DNA of 63,933 bases, filler included, from Rhabdomonas costata (taxonomy: Eukaryota), in the NCBI GenBank assembly GCA_019059605.1. It is 31 parts of 31 records of this genome, joined end to end, with 100 filler letters (N's around TTAATTAATTAA, not from the genome) between each part and the next. Parts side by side here need not be neighbours in the genome. Positions count along the whole stretch, not along the records: positions 12,405 to 14,391 come from JAHMHO010006906.1; positions 14,492 to 16,457 come from JAHMHO010006907.1; positions 16,558 to 18,523 come from JAHMHO010006908.1; positions 18,624 to 20,589 come from JAHMHO010006909.1; positions 20,690 to 22,653 come from JAHMHO010006910.1; positions 22,754 to 24,718 come from JAHMHO010006911.1; positions 24,819 to 26,783 come from JAHMHO010006912.1; 24 more parts are not named here. The stretch is one strand, 5' to 3'. A model generated the notes under the pieces. The model was not told where the DNA came from and made no database searches. It was given only the letters and a program-made list of their open reading frames with translations. The position numbers and the translations under genes are program-made. How positions within the stretch are numbered: the stretch's first letter is position 1; every line of letters begins with the position of its first letter. This document shows positions 13,240-26,402 of this stretch, in pieces.

Positions 13240-14899
13240 TTTCCCCTTTTTCTTCCCACAAGAACGGCACAAAACAGGGTCACACCTTCCTTTTCCCGTC
13301 CGTATCATATGGTCCGGCGGAAAGCTTCTTGTGGCGCCCTCAGATGTTCAAAAAAGATAAGAACAAAGAAATGCCAACTCCTCTTTCGTCGGTGGGGGTT
13401 TCATTCCTCGCTCTCTGTCTTTCTTGTTCTCCTTGATCTCCTTGCTCGTCGGGGGCCTTGATGTGATTCTTTGTCTCGCTGGCCTGCCGCCGTTCTCCTG
13501 CGGGATCTTTCCGGAAACAAACTGGTAAAGAAGTTCATATTCAAACCTCGCACCATGCAATGCTTTGATGCCTCCCACAACGCCTCATGATCCCATCCGC
13601 CTTCTTTGCATGCTTACTTACTTACTTTCGCTTACCTCTCTCACGACGTTGCCTCTCTTTTTCTCCTCTGACTCCCGGATCATGTCTTCCCCGTCTAAAT
13701 GATAAATGCCGTGACACCCACCTTCGCCTTGGAGCAATGCACCAACGGTTTTCCGACGACCAATCCCCCACTCACGGCCTCGATCTTGTGCGCCCCTCTT
13801 CTGACACACTCTGCGGCAATTGTCTCCAGGATTATACATAGCCTACCCCCCTCTCCGCTGAACCCTCCGTGACTCCTGTTTTTGGTTTCTTCCCTATTTT
13901 CGCTCTTCAACTTCCGTCATAAACCTCTATACTCTTTGTCGTTCACCGCATGCATCGCATAGTACATATTCACAGCGCTTTCACATATCTGATAGCTTTT
14001 TGATTGATAGCTTTATAGCCTCATGCAAATCCTTGCTCAACCGCACTCTTCCCACGCCACGCCCCGCCACTCTGATTCACCACACCGCACTCAAAGCTTC
14101 AATAAGCACACACATGCATACACACACCCTTGCGCACACTTATCAGCACTCACACTGACACAACCCCACTACGACACCACGATCTCGCCTTCACGCGTCC
14201 ACAATACCAAACATCTACCGCACAAAAGTCTCTTCTCAGATGTAGAATTCCTCTTAGTATCCTCTGCATGCACATTCTGAAAAAGAAACAACAAATAAAG
14301 GACTTCACTTCAGCACTAATTTCATCCAACAGATGAAACTAAGGTGCGTCCGTCAAATTAGGTGTAACTAGCAACACCCGGGCTTTATCTCNNNNNNNNN
14401 NNNNNNNNNNNNNNNNNNNNNNNNNNNNNNNNNNNTTAATTAATTAANNNNNNNNNNNNNNNNNNNNNNNNNNNNNNNNNNNNNNNNNNNNGGAGGGGAA
14501 ACGGAAAGGGGAAAATAAGCGTAGTTGCTTATGGAGGGAGCTCTCTTATTGGCGAGGCTCGGCTTATCATTGAGGCACAGGTCAGCTAAAAAAGAAGGTA
14601 ATATTGGTCATGCGTGCACTGTGGCACCGAGTGGATGTACTACTCAGGCCGCTGTGCTGTGCTTGGCTGTATGCATCATGTGTAAGTGTCCCCCACTGTA
14701 AGAACGGAGCTTGCTCTTCTGAATGAGCTTGAAAAGCTGCCAAGCTGCCTCTGCCTCAGTTTCGGTCATACGGCAGTAGAATGGTGAAATAGCAACCAAA
14801 CCACGGAAACTCGCGCTCCTTCAGCAGCTTTGGATTAGAAGGGAGGCCGGTGAGACGCAGATCAGAGCTGCGTGTACGTTTGACAAAGGGGAGAGGGAC

Positions 14900-16212
14900 C
14901 TGGTTGTGTGTGTCCGTAAGATGCTGGATGCGCCTCATGAACGCCTGCACAGGCTCGGCGGTGGAGTAGACGTCGGCGATCTCGGTGGAAATCAGAACTC
15001 CGTTCTCATGGTCAATGGTGGCATCGATAACCCCATCCCTGGCAAAGAACAGCACGGTGAAAGAAAGGAGGAACGGGCACCACCGGGCATGTTAGCTTGG
15101 GTCGGTCTTCCCGCACATGCTCCGAAATTTGGTCACACATCGAATATCTGGCAAGAGGACCAAATTTTTGGTGGGTAAAACGGTGTCGCTCACTTCCGAG
15201 AAGCAAAAGCAGGGGACAGAAAGCGACCGCGCAAGATGGAAGGGTATCCTCAACACTATCTCAGGCGAAGCTGCTCCAAGAATAGCCGGATACGTCATCA
15301 CTTTGCGCACGCGTTTATTTTGTATTCTCTCGCCCCTCTCTGCCCTCTCGTCCCCCGCAGACTCAACACCGGATAGCCTTTGCGACGATGTACTCAGCGT
15401 CCTCGGGGTAGTCTAGCTCGAGCTTCAGGCAGATGTCCGCCAGGGAGATCTTGGCATAGGCGTGCACAATGCGGCGAAGCCCTGGGCATGTGCATGCGTG
15501 CGCCTGAGCAGCAGAGCACGGGTGTGGTGTGGTGTAACTCCCTTCACGTCATTCGGATGTTCGGTCAACTCGGTCAACAACGACAGCAACGGAAACTTGG
15601 AAACGTGCTGGGGGCTTGAACTGAAGCCCATTTCCTGTCAAATTCCTGTTTTTCCAGAACAGAAAGCCGCCCAACCACTCACCTGCAAAGCAGGCTTTGG
15701 CTCAACGCCCCGGACACCTGACAAACGAGGTCAGGTCAGCTCTGAGATATCTGAGAAGTAACTTTCGCATTTTGAGCAGTTCGTATTTGCTTCCTTGGGG
15801 TAGGGGAAATGGAGGAAAACTGACCTGTCTTGATGACATTCTGGTGGATCCGCTGCACAATGGTGTAGGTTGAGTCCTGCTGAAAGACATCGCCGTAATC
15901 TTGCAGCACCTTGTTGAAGAGCGTCAGCTCGCCAAACCTGCCCACAAAAACCCAGCCGCTGCTTCCCCTCTCCTGCTCTAAATTGGAAAGAGGAAGCGGG
16001 TTTGGACAACAACAAACGTTCTGAAATTCCACACAAAATCATGAGTATGCCTTCCAGTGGGTGTGCAAACGAAGGGGGGGGGGTCACCGACCTCACTGCG
16101 GAGGCGAGCTGAAGGTAGGGGAGCAGCGCGTGCCTCCACTGGGGCTGCCGGAAGGTGCTCCGGGGAGGCACCTCGCCCAGCAGCAGCTGAACTAGCACAG
16201 ACATCTTTGTAA
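14900..16212 (-). CDS. PSMD3: 26S proteasome regulatory subunit RPN3 (PCI domain region), partial
   Basis: Exons 16212-16092, 15937-15825, 15481-15370 and 15038-14900, all GT-AG. Translation VQLLLGEVP...AVRFGEL...[14 protein letters not shown]...[38 protein letters not shown]...DVYSTAEP matches Rpn3. Confidence 0.97.
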
Positions 16213-16865
16213 CTGAGCGTGCAGAGTGTGATCGCGTGGTGTGTGTTTGAGCGCAAATCACAGATGAGTCTGAGTCTGAGTCACAGTCGCTGGCTGCAGA
16301 GAAGCAACCCTAACCCGACGCATGCCTACGCCCGAAGTATGATGGATGGTTCGTCTGCACACGGGGAGAGGGGAAAAAGAAGGAAAGGGGCCCAAACAAG
16401 GGTCAAACAAGGATTTCCACCCAGTAGCAATACCAGGTCTTAACAATACCAACCAACNNNNNNNNNNNNNNNNNNNNNNNNNNNNNNNNNNNNNNNNNNN
16501 NTTAATTAATTAANNNNNNNNNNNNNNNNNNNNNNNNNNNNNNNNNNNNNNNNNNNNTGGGTGGGGTGTGGTGTATGGCATCGACCTCTGGCTGGCTGCT
16601 TCCCGTAGCACTCATACTCTCTCACTCTGTCACTTATATATGTTCCAGTCAGGACGAGGACGGACAGAAACCGCGCCTGCATTCCTTGCAGGTTGTGCCC
16701 GACGAAGCATGTGCTTTATGTTGTGATTTCCCGTGGTCTTTTCCCAGCGGAAAGGACTAGAAGCTGAATCCAGAGGGCCTCCGGTTTTTTTAGGCAGAAG
16801 ACGTTGGCACCAGACGGGTCTGCACTTTCGTGCATATCGGGGCTCGGCGGCGCACAATATCACAC

Positions 16866-17825
16866 CCGAAGGATGTCTGAAACGTACACTGTGACGTCGT
16901 GGAGAAGGGCCAGCCTGAGGTTGGTGTCCCCGGCGCACTAGCAGAAAGAATAGCGGTGATAGAACGCCAGAGAGAGAGCGTGTGTGAGAGTGTGTGTGTG
17001 AGCGTGTGTGAGAGTACAATTGCACGTGATCGATGCATCTGAGCTGAGGGGGGAATTGGGAATGGGAACGACTGCACCGCAGCCAACAAGCAACGGAAAG
17101 GCAGAGGCAAAGGGCGTCGCACACAAATCTCTGCTTGAGAATCTTCCATTCCATGTTCTTCCTCAGCAACAGAAGCGTTGCCACGTTGCCACCAAACAAA
17201 CCCTGTCACACTTCGCTGAGACTGTGAGCGATACTTAAAGCCCTCCAGCCGGTCCTTAAAGCAGGCCCAAAGTCCCCATGATAACACTGACGATCAGAAA
17301 GCATGCGTGCATCCGAGCTCGACCAACCGGTCGGGTTACATTGCATTTGCTGTGGGACCACGAAAACAAAACGCCACATTCGGCACTTTGGGCTCAGAAT
17401 CCTCATCATACAAAATTTAGAGAAAACTCGAATCCATTCTCCCCCACTTCCCACAGCGCACCGCGGTCTTCCGGTCTTCGGCAGCGGCAGCGGGCAACTT
17501 TCCCCACAATCTCGAAGTATGCTCGGCTGCTTTTTTCTGGGCCCTCTAACCTCGATCCAGCTCGTTTCCCATTCGATTCGTTCGATGGGGAGGGGGGGCT
17601 ACAACACATTTTTATCCCGAGTCGCAGCAGGACGGGCAGTTATCTGAACAGCAAAACACCAAACCACCTGCGCGGGAGGAGAGGAGGGAAGAGGCCCGGA
17701 CCTGCTGCCTCTCGGCGATGTACTTGTTGGTGTCCGTGATCAGCTCCTTCAGCACCTGCAGAGCTCGTGGGGTGTCAAAGTTGTCGCACAGCGCGTCGTG
17801 CACCGCCGCTGTGGCGCCGGAGTAT
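16866..17825 (-). CDS. CARS1: cysteinyl-tRNA synthetase, DALR/anticodon-binding region, partial
   Basis: Exon 17825-17702 (AVHDALCDNFDTPRALQVLKELITDTNKYI) and exon 16937-16866 (NLRLALLHDVTVYVSDILR), GT-AG. ALCDNxDT is the eukaryotic CysRS signature. Confidence 0.9.
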
Positions 17826-18040
17826 CTGTGCACGGGGGACGGGGGGCACTGCAATTCGAGCTCGACGTCCACTTCCCTCCTGGGCTTCCAGCTTTGGGCC
17901 CACCGCCCCTCATACCCGTCCACCGTGCCTTGTCCCTCTCTCTTGCCACGCGGCTTCCTCAGGAAACCCCCAATCCACTGCGAACGCGCGGCAAACCCCG
18001 GCTATTGAAAAACTCTTTCTATTAACGCAAAGTTATTACT

Positions 18041-18212
18041 GATGGATCGGATTAATAATGGATCAGCTCGGGATATTTTCGAGAAGAAAAATAATGGATC
18101 ATCAAAAAATGGATCCGGGAAACCAAGGAAATAGAATTTCCCTTCATCTTTAAGAAATTGGAAACAATGGATAATCGAATGATGGATCAACTTCGACGCT
18201 GATCCAGATCCA
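18041..18212. repeat. AT-rich segment with dispersed (AA)TGGATC motifs
   Basis: Several ATGGATC/GATCC copies in both orientations; resembles transposon subterminal repeats. Confidence 0.4.
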
Positions 18213-19184
18213 CCCCAACCTTCCACCCCTTCTCACTGCCCCTTGTACCAAACTGTCCTTTGACACAAACACAAGCACACACTTCTGGAAGAGCTGCTTC
18301 TCGGCATCACCCCAGCTTTGGCTGCACTGAAAGAGTGACAGATAGAAATGGGGATACGGAAGCCTTCCGAATGATCCACCGCCATCAACGGTCATCAAGC
18401 CCCCTCACCCGTGACAGCACATGACCGTCCAAAGACAAAGATTCTTCACGGGGGATTGGTGGGGGAAGGGTGACCATTGATCCCAGGAGCGTTCACTGCG
18501 TCGCACATCTCGCACCCCAACCCNNNNNNNNNNNNNNNNNNNNNNNNNNNNNNNNNNNNNNNNNNNNTTAATTAATTAANNNNNNNNNNNNNNNNNNNNN
18601 NNNNNNNNNNNNNNNNNNNNNNNTGTTGTTGGTGGATGGGAATATTTGTGCAGTTGCAGAAGGGTAAAAGGACGGAGGGCTTTTGGATCCGCGAACTGTC
18701 GAAACCTACATTAGAGGCTGCTTCGACCCGGGATGTTTTTGAGTCGTTTGCTGTGGTGGGATCTACCTTAGGGCAACAGTGATCATCCCTGCCTTCGGGG
18801 GACTCCTTGGGTATATGGCCGCGGATGACGCATCCAGGCACGCCCGGCGGCCCACCCGAACGCGGCGATCAAGGCGAAACGTCAATGTCGGTGAGGAGGT
18901 TTGATTGCAGTGCGCCTTTCCTTTCCTTTCGATGAGGGAAAATAGACCAGGAAACTAAAGCTTTTGCGGGATCTTGGACCAATGCCGTAGTCATTTTACT
19001 TTTGCTATTGGCTTCACTGAATTCAAAGGGTCAAAAGAAGATGTTTTCGTATTGTCATCCCACCAATGAAAGATAGTGTGAACGTTTTCCTTTTTGGACA
19101 AGATCTTGGTGTTGTGCATGATAACGTCGGAAGTTGGAAAACCCCTCCACGGTGCTCTCGCTGGGGCTTGGTTTGTGCTCACAG

Positions 19185-19275
19185 TTCCCAGTTCAGGTGC
19201 TTCGGGTCGACCGCAAGGAGGGTCGGACCTACGTCGATGTCTCGAAGGCCATCGTAGACACCTGGCGCGCCAAGC
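19185..19275 (+). CDS. possible exon encoding the end of an S1 (OB-fold) RNA-binding domain
   Basis: ctcacag|TTC: FPVQVLRVDRKEGRTYVDVSK resembles the S1 C-terminal V.V..VD....YIDLS. Confidence 0.4.
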
Positions 19276-21155
19276 GTTGCCACATAAACCACCGTTGGTG
19301 TGGTCCGTTGCCACCCTGATCACCCCTTCTGTTGTCTTGCTACTTTTTGCATTTTAATGGATGTTTTTTGTTCTCGATGTTTTCCTCGATGAGTTCTACG
19401 CCATCTCTTCGTGCAGGTGTGGTTTTGTTGGTGCTTATGTACAATTAGATCTCTCTCCGTGGACCCGGTTTTCTGATGGCACATACTCTGTTTGAAACTT
19501 TTCATATCGGGCCGGTGCTTGACATAATCCTTGCGTTATTGTAGAAGCGGGCACGCTCTCACAGTCCAATCTGCTATCGATTATTTTGGCGCAGGGATCA
19601 GCCCGTGCGGGACATCGTGGAGGCCGCTGTGTGCATCATCTGCCCCACCGCTCATCCTCTTGTCAGCAGCTCTCAGTATGAGACAATGGAGGGTGGGGGG
19701 GCGAACTCGTTCTTTTTTGTGAAATGGGCAGCACAGGATCAGATAGGACGATTGTTTCCATTATGAGAAGGTGTTGGCAAATTTTTATGGGCGCGGCGAA
19801 ACTGAATCAGATTGATGTTTTGGTATGGGTGGAGCTTGCTTTTTGTTTCCGGCTCCCTCTCCTGTTAGCGTGTTTTCTTTTTGTGTGCGGCCCCCTCTCT
19901 CATTCTTGTTGCCCAGCTGCCCTCGTTGAGCTCGGCAGTTCGAACCGATTGCACCTTCGGCAGCCTTTTTTATTGGTCGTCGGTCACATAGCCCTCTCCA
20001 TATGTCATGTGGTCTTGCCTCACAAGAATACTCTGAGCTGTCTCCAACACACTTACACATAGGCCACGCTCACGCGGGATGTATGTCCATCCTTGTGGCA
20101 CCAGAGACCCCCCCCCCCCCCGGAAATGGACTTCCGCCCATAGAGCTTCCTAGAAAACCTTTTGTGGACAGCACAACCACGGCTTTTGCACTAGAATTGT
20201 CCCTGGGCGTCTTTCCAGGACGCGACAGGCTTTGGCCCTTTTTGGACTGCTTTTTCTTTTTCAATACATGGTGGAGGTGAGCATTGGATTGCAGCAACTG
20301 GTCGTAAAGCTCTGGACACACCTCACAGCAGAAAAAGAATTCCTCCATTTAAACTTTGATTCCTGTGTGTGGAGGTGAAGCTATGCCCTCCCTTGTCCAG
20401 TGAGTTCAGACTTCCGTGAACAGCATGACTTGGTGGTTTCTTTTTGTTTTGCCAACCCGTGCCAATCCAGCTTGGAGTTCCAACCCATGCTGAACAGGCG
20501 TTCAAGGTTTCGGTGGTTTTTGGCAGTAGTGCAGTGCTCAGTGATGGGTTGGAACTCCAAGCTGGATTGGCACGGGTTGACAAAACAAANNNNNNNNNNN
20601 NNNNNNNNNNNNNNNNNNNNNNNNNNNNNNNNNTTAATTAATTAANNNNNNNNNNNNNNNNNNNNNNNNNNNNNNNNNNNNNNNNNNNNGGGTTTGGTTA
20701 GAAGAGTTTCGGTTTCAAAATTGTAGATAAATCTTGGTGGGGATGATTTTTCTGACTTGAAAATTGAGAGGAACAGTAGGGCTGAGATCTCTGGCCGCAT
20801 TCGCTCCTGGTGGGTTGGCTACGATGATAGGTCTTTTACAGAAACTGATTCATTCACTGAGTACCTGAGTCTCCATAGAATATCAGATTGCTGCAGCAGA
20901 ATCTGAACTTTTGGGTTGCCGCAAATGGAAGCGAGGGAATTGCTGCAGAGGCAATTGTTGACTTGAACGGCTGGCATACTCATGTCCCGGAACCCTGCCA
21001 GTAGTAGCCTAACTCTCCCCTGTCTTCTTTTTTGTTTTCTTCCTGCGATAGCCCGCCGCATCGGCTCCCTTCCAAATTTGGTTCCAACACCCGTTGTGCT
21101 TTCTGCTTTTCTTTATTCAACGCTCCCTGTTGCGTGCCGCCTGATACCTGGAGCG

Positions 21156-22616
21156 ATGGCCGGGAGGTTGTTACTCCCCACCAGTGTTTTGCTGGTTCTG
21201 CTCGCACTTCTCACGCCCGCGGCTGCCCTCTTCGAGTACAGCGAAGATGCGGAGGACGGGCCCTCAAATTGGTACCAGGTTTGCACCCGCTTTGGGAAAC
21301 CTTCTTGTGTTCCCTAGGCTGACAGCCTTGCCGGACCTGCTGGGGCTCTGGGTGATTTTTGGAGCAAATCCATCACCTTGTGGGATCGGCCACCAAGTTA
21401 CCCAAGGCGGCATTCCACCCAGCGTGTGGTTGGGTGGTTCGCCAGTGCAAAGATTTTGCCCATTACCCCTCAACTGTGTCGCTTTCCTCACGCCTCCGCC
21501 GTGAAAAATGCTTTATTCCTCAATCTTGGGTCTGGTACACCGACAACAGTCAACTAGGGCTCTCCTCTATGCATTGAGCTGGTCCGTCTCAGTCCGTCTC
21601 ACGTAATGTCACGAACTTTTGACGCTGTGCTTTTTTTCTACTACATTTTTTTCTGAGTTGTCAGTCGCTTTTTGCTGCAACCCAGATTTGTGTAGGAGAC
21701 TGGCTGACAGAACCACCACTGCCTCCGTCGGCGAGCCTAATCTCAATAACGTCTCTTTCGCGTCCCTCTCTTTTCTGCTTTATTCTAGTGCGAACTCGCT
21801 CTCTCTCCATTGTGCATGCTTCTCTGCTGTTGTGCGCAGAATTTCCCAGAGTGTGCGGGGCGGTCGCAGTCCCCCATCGACATCAACGACGCCTCGGCGG
21901 AACGCCTCTCCGCGGAGTTCATGAAGATTTGGGCCCCGGTGCTTCCCTCCAGCTCGTTGACACTGCAGAACAACAACCACACCGTCATGCTCACGGTGAG
22001 CCCCCTGCAGATCCGGGTCGGAAGCTCGACCTTTCCGGTGTGGCGGCGTTTGTATCGTAATGCCCACGGCAGCAACCCGCTTTGTTTTGGGCAAATGCGT
22101 TTTTCTTTTTTGGGTGGCGGGGGAGGAGTACCAGTTACCACTGGCAACGGTTACCGTTCAAGGCCAAATATTTTATGAAGTTCCTAAATTAATGATATCA
22201 CACTCGTCGGCCCGAATCCCAGCAACAGGACGGTTTTAAAGCAGACGTTTGTTTTTTGCGGTGGTGAGCAAAAGTTCACCGTTACCTCCCCCCCCCGTAT
22301 CTCAACCTTTCTTGGGACCCTTATATCGGAAGTGGGGTTCGGTGTTCTCCTGCCTGAAGCAGGCAGTATTCGGGCAAAGTGACAGTTGACATTCTGTTTA
22401 CCGTTATCACTGCGTGCTTTCCTCCGACAGGGAAAACAAGCGTAAGGGGTGGGGTGCCGGTGGCCACAGGACCTCATGGATGCGATGCAATTCCACTTCC
22501 ACACCCCCTCCGAGCACACCATCAACGGCCGCAGCTATGACATGGAGCTGCATCTCGTCACCAACACTACCAACCGCAACCTGATTGGTGCCCGGGCCCC
22601 AATTGTGGTCATCGCG
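21156..22616 (+). CDS. secreted alpha-class carbonic anhydrase, 5' part
   Basis: Exon 21156-21278 (signal peptide + FEY..GPSNW), exon 21840-~21995/22016 (C.GRSQSPIDI, NNNHTV) and exon 22470-22616 (QFHFHTPSEHTINGRSYDMELHLV). All three Zn-ligand His are present. Confidence 0.96.
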
Positions 22617-22764
22617 GTGCTTCCAGTCAATACCGGCCCCCCCCCCAAACCAANNNNNNNNNNNNNNNNNNNNNNNNNNNNNNNNNNNNNNNNNNNNTTA
22701 ATTAATTAANNNNNNNNNNNNNNNNNNNNNNNNNNNNNNNNNNNNNNNNNNNNGTTGGGGTGTG

Positions 22765-24718
22765 GAGCGGAGGCTGATTGTCCAGGCTTACGGGGGCCAG
22801 GTTCCCGCACAGAGTGAGCAGAGTGAAAGAGAGAGAGAGAGTGTGTGTGTGTGTCTGGGTAAGTCAGAATGTGAGCGGGCCATTGAGGTGTCCTTGAACC
22901 CTTGGGGTGTCTTTGTCCTCAGACAGGCTTATCTCAGGCTCCTGTTGGCTCTTACGCAGGGAAAAGTTTGTGCTTGGGCGGGTGCAGCGTCCACAGCGAC
23001 CCAATCGGATCCAGATCACAAGTGCAAGTGTAGGGTAAATCAAAGGAAGGTAGGAGGGAGGCGGTTTTGACAGCATCGCCACCAGGACGCGCACCCAATG
23101 GTTGGGTGTTCCTTGTTAGGTGGTGCTCACTCCGACGGCTACGGGGATGCTGGGCTCCGTGGCGAAAGCTGAGAAACTTGCCGCGGAGATCCCCGACTCC
23201 TTCATGCCGCAGCAGTTCAAGAACCCCATCAACCCAGGCCCTCGCCCGCCCCCCCGGAAGTGTACCAACTACGAATTCTATGTCACGAAAACACTGCCAT
23301 CCTCACGGGCGGATATCATAACATGACAGCTCTGTGGCTTCATCAAAAATCATCACTGTTCTTGCTTCGGCGTCGACCAGATGACTAAGTCGGGAGACGG
23401 AAATTGCGCACATGCGCTTTTACATGTGAAAGATGCTGATGGTGATGACAAAGGAAGCTCGGAATTCATGCCATTGCGTGCTGGACAGTGCAACGCCGTG
23501 AAAACAGCACCTTTTCTATAATTAGGAGTGCTGAAAAAGCACGTGCACACAAAAACCAACGTTGATTTCGGGTTTGAATGGGTGGTAACCCAACGCGCTA
23601 ACCACTTTTTGCGGGGTCGCTCAGAGTGTCATTACCGCACCACGGGACCGGAGATCTGGGCGCAGACCGAGGGCCTGCTGAACTTCTTCGTGTGCGCCGT
23701 GGGCACCGGGGGCACGATGAGCGGGTGCGCGCGGTACTTCAAGGAGCGCAAGCCTACGGTGCACTGCGCCGCGGTGGAGCCCTCGGAGAGCCCCGTGCTT
23801 TCGGGAGGCCGGCCAGGCCCGCACAGCATCCAGGGCATCGGCGCAGGCATCCCCCTCGTCCCTGTCCCCACCTGTCACCGTGTGCTGTTCGGTTTGTGAG
23901 GCGAGGTTGCCACACCAGACACGCCATCGCCGCATGTTCCCCCAGTTAAACCTCCCTTGAATGTGTGGGTAGGTATCTGCCCTACGCTCTTGGGGGGTAT
24001 TGCTCAGGTTTCCCCTTTCACAGAACTTTCCGCAGCATCATGTGAAACAGTTGGAGGGAGGCGGACATCCCTGCCCCTTGTTGTGGACGAAGGGGGGGCA
24101 CTCGCGGAGGATTGGGACCCATTGCAGCGGCTGGTAGGGTACCCACAAAATAAAACGGAGAGTTAGATCTCATTGCCGGCAGTATCGAGTGGTGTGGTGG
24201 TGGCGGGGCATCTTGCCTGTCTTGGAACCTTTCGCCCCGGTTTTCCTTCCCTTTTTGCAGGCTACATCCCCGATGTTTGTGACACCACGCTGATTGACTC
24301 CGTCGTTCAAGTATGCTGGGCGCTGGGCGTTCTCAAAAGCATTGCTGTACTAGAGCAGTGTGAGTGGGTTCTTCAGAGGCTAGGATGCCCTTGCGCGCTC
24401 CTCCGTCGTTTACCAGTACCACTGGGAGAACAATGGAAGAAGGCATCCGCTGTGCACCTTCAGGGCCTGTGAGACGCTTCACTTGCTCTGGTGCCTTTTT
24501 TGCGCAACCTTTGGACGCGTCACACGTATGGAGACTTTCTCCGTGGGACAGGCGGGGATATAAGTCTCAACTTCTCCCTCCCATCCGCCATGTCCGCAGG
24601 TCTCCAGCTCGCAGGCCAACACAATGGCCCGGCGGCTTTGGCGAGAGGAGGGGCTGGCGGTGGGTGTCGCCGCGGGCGCCGCCGTGCACGCCGCGGTGGA
24701 GGTGGCGAAGGCCAACGA
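22765..24718 (+). CDS. cysK: cysteine synthase (O-acetylserine thiol-lyase), partial
   Basis: Exons ~22765-22800, 23120-23237, 23625-23846, 24261-24310 and 24600-24718. Motifs [62 protein letters not shown]. Introns 2 and 3 are GC-AG. Confidence 0.97.
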
Positions 24719-25017
24719 NNNNNNNNNNNNNNNNNNNNNNNNNNNNNNNNNNNNNNNNNNNNTTAATTAATTAANNNNNNNNNNNNNNNNNNNNNNNNNN
24801 NNNNNNNNNNNNNNNNNNGCAAAACACAGCCACAGCCACAGCCACAGCCACCCATCTCGACTTGCACTCTCTTCGCACTTCCAGTTCAGCATTCTTTAGT
24901 AACCACCCAGCAACTCGCCCACCGATGGGTGTAAAGTTGAAGGCATGCGGAAGACTAGCTGGTGGCTCAATCTCTCTTGCCCAAGCCCCTTTAAATCTCG
25001 GAGTAGAAACACACCAT

Positions 25018-25399
25018 CCCGCGCTTGTCCTGCGGCGCGGTGAAGGTGTGGTGGGTATAGAAGTAAGTCTCCGCCGGGACCCGCGCAACCTCCGCCGCGG
25101 CCTCCCCTCCCGCCGCAGCGGCGGGGGTCATGTCCAACCCTCGGGCCACTGTGGGGTGAAGGTCCGCTGGCGGAGTGCCCACAACCACCCCATCCTCATG
25201 AGCGGTAGGGCTGGGAGTGAGCTCTGGGATAGGGGTGACCTCCGATTCCCCCAGACCGGCGGCGCAGGTCTCGGGGGTGGAGGTTGCCAGGTCGGCCCGC
25301 GAAGACAGCGGGGAGTCCGAAAGCGTCATCACAGATTGGTCCGCACGATCGGTGAAGGAGAGGGTGGAGGTGTCCAGGGTGGCGGCGGTTGTCGTCATT
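25018..25399 (-). CDS. probable exon, Ser/Thr/Pro-rich hypothetical protein
   Basis: ttccag|A ATG...ATG|gtgtgt; about 127 open codons. Confidence 0.4.
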
Positions 25400-26090
25400 C
25401 TGGAAGGGCGGGCTTGGCAGGTGAGACTTTGAGTCGGAAAAGGAAGTGGAGAGGAGAGTGGGGTCTGCAGGGGAATTTGGGCAAAGGGGCTACCGCTCTT
25501 TTTTCTTCGGACGGACTGAGAGAGCTTGGTTTTGCAACGCGCGCGCGAAAGGAAAGAAAAGGAAAGAGGAGAAAAAAAGGAGGAGGAGGAAGAGATTGGG
25601 GTTGATGAAGAAGCAGAAGAAAAAAGTGATCAAAGCTGAGCAGAGAGGAGGACAGCCGTACCTTACCTTTTCTCTGGGTTTGGGGATATTCTCAGTCAGG
25701 GCTTCACGATAAACTTTTTGAGACATTAGGGCAGGGGTTCTTTCAAACGTTGGGCTTTGCTGTGCAGAGTTTTGTGCTGGTGGTGGTCGGTAGCCGTTCC
25801 GAACCCAACGTGGCATCACGGAATCCTTCGGGAGTTCAACAAGTTACCGCACAACCACCCTCTTGTCCCTCTCTTCGCGTTTCGCACACGCATGCACAGA
25901 TGCTGGTACTTCACTTGAGAATTTTTTTTGCACTGGTATGACAGGTTAAAAGTTACGCAGCTACCATATTCACCGCCCCCCTTTCTAGGTCGTCTCACCA
26001 GAATGCTGGGACATCAAAACTCTGACAACGAATGGTTGCCTCCCGTTCATGGGTAAAGCTCCGAACCAAAACGGCGCTCAGCAATTGGTC

Positions 26091-26402
26091 TCATTCCTTA
26101 CACACCCGTTCGTTGCCTTCACCACAGTGAGTTTGCGATCTCCTTGGGTGGTTCCGGCCTTTTCGGGGCTCCCTGAGCCTTCGAGGGCGCAGCCCAGCCC
26201 CCAGGCCAACCTCCCACCCAGGGAAGGGCCCCAGCCCTTGAAAGGGGTACGGACAGACCCACTGCAGCACCTTCTGAACCACTTCCATGGGCCACAGCCC
26301 ACGCACCCACAGCGCAGCCAGCACCGCGGCGACGATCTGCTGGTATCGCGGCGGGTACAGCACGGTCAATCCAGGACGCCATAGAGGGAGCATGGAGAAT
26401 AC
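26091..26402 (-). CDS. probable terminal exon with W.P...YP...VL...P.EVV..VL (SOCS/F-box-like helical) motif
   Basis: ccaccag|GTA: LWRPGLTVLYPPRYQQIVAAVLAALWVRGLWPMEVVQKVLQWV. Confidence 0.4.
   Translation of the reverse strand, partial: VFSMLPLWRPGLTVLYPPRYQQIVAAVLAALWVRGLWPMEVVQKVLQWVCPYPFQGLGPFPGWEVGLGAGLRPRRLREPRKGRNHPRRSQTHCGEGNERVCKE

Noticed and set aside
17826-17849. Possible 24-nt GT-AG micro-intron in CysRS
   Set aside because: It is in frame and the upstream segment is not convincingly homologous; it is more simply the 3' end of a longer intron.
22431-22469. In-frame TAA if the acceptor at 22430 is used, suggesting stop-codon reassignment
   Set aside because: A clean acceptor at 22469 avoids it, and none of the well-conserved exons contains an in-frame stop.
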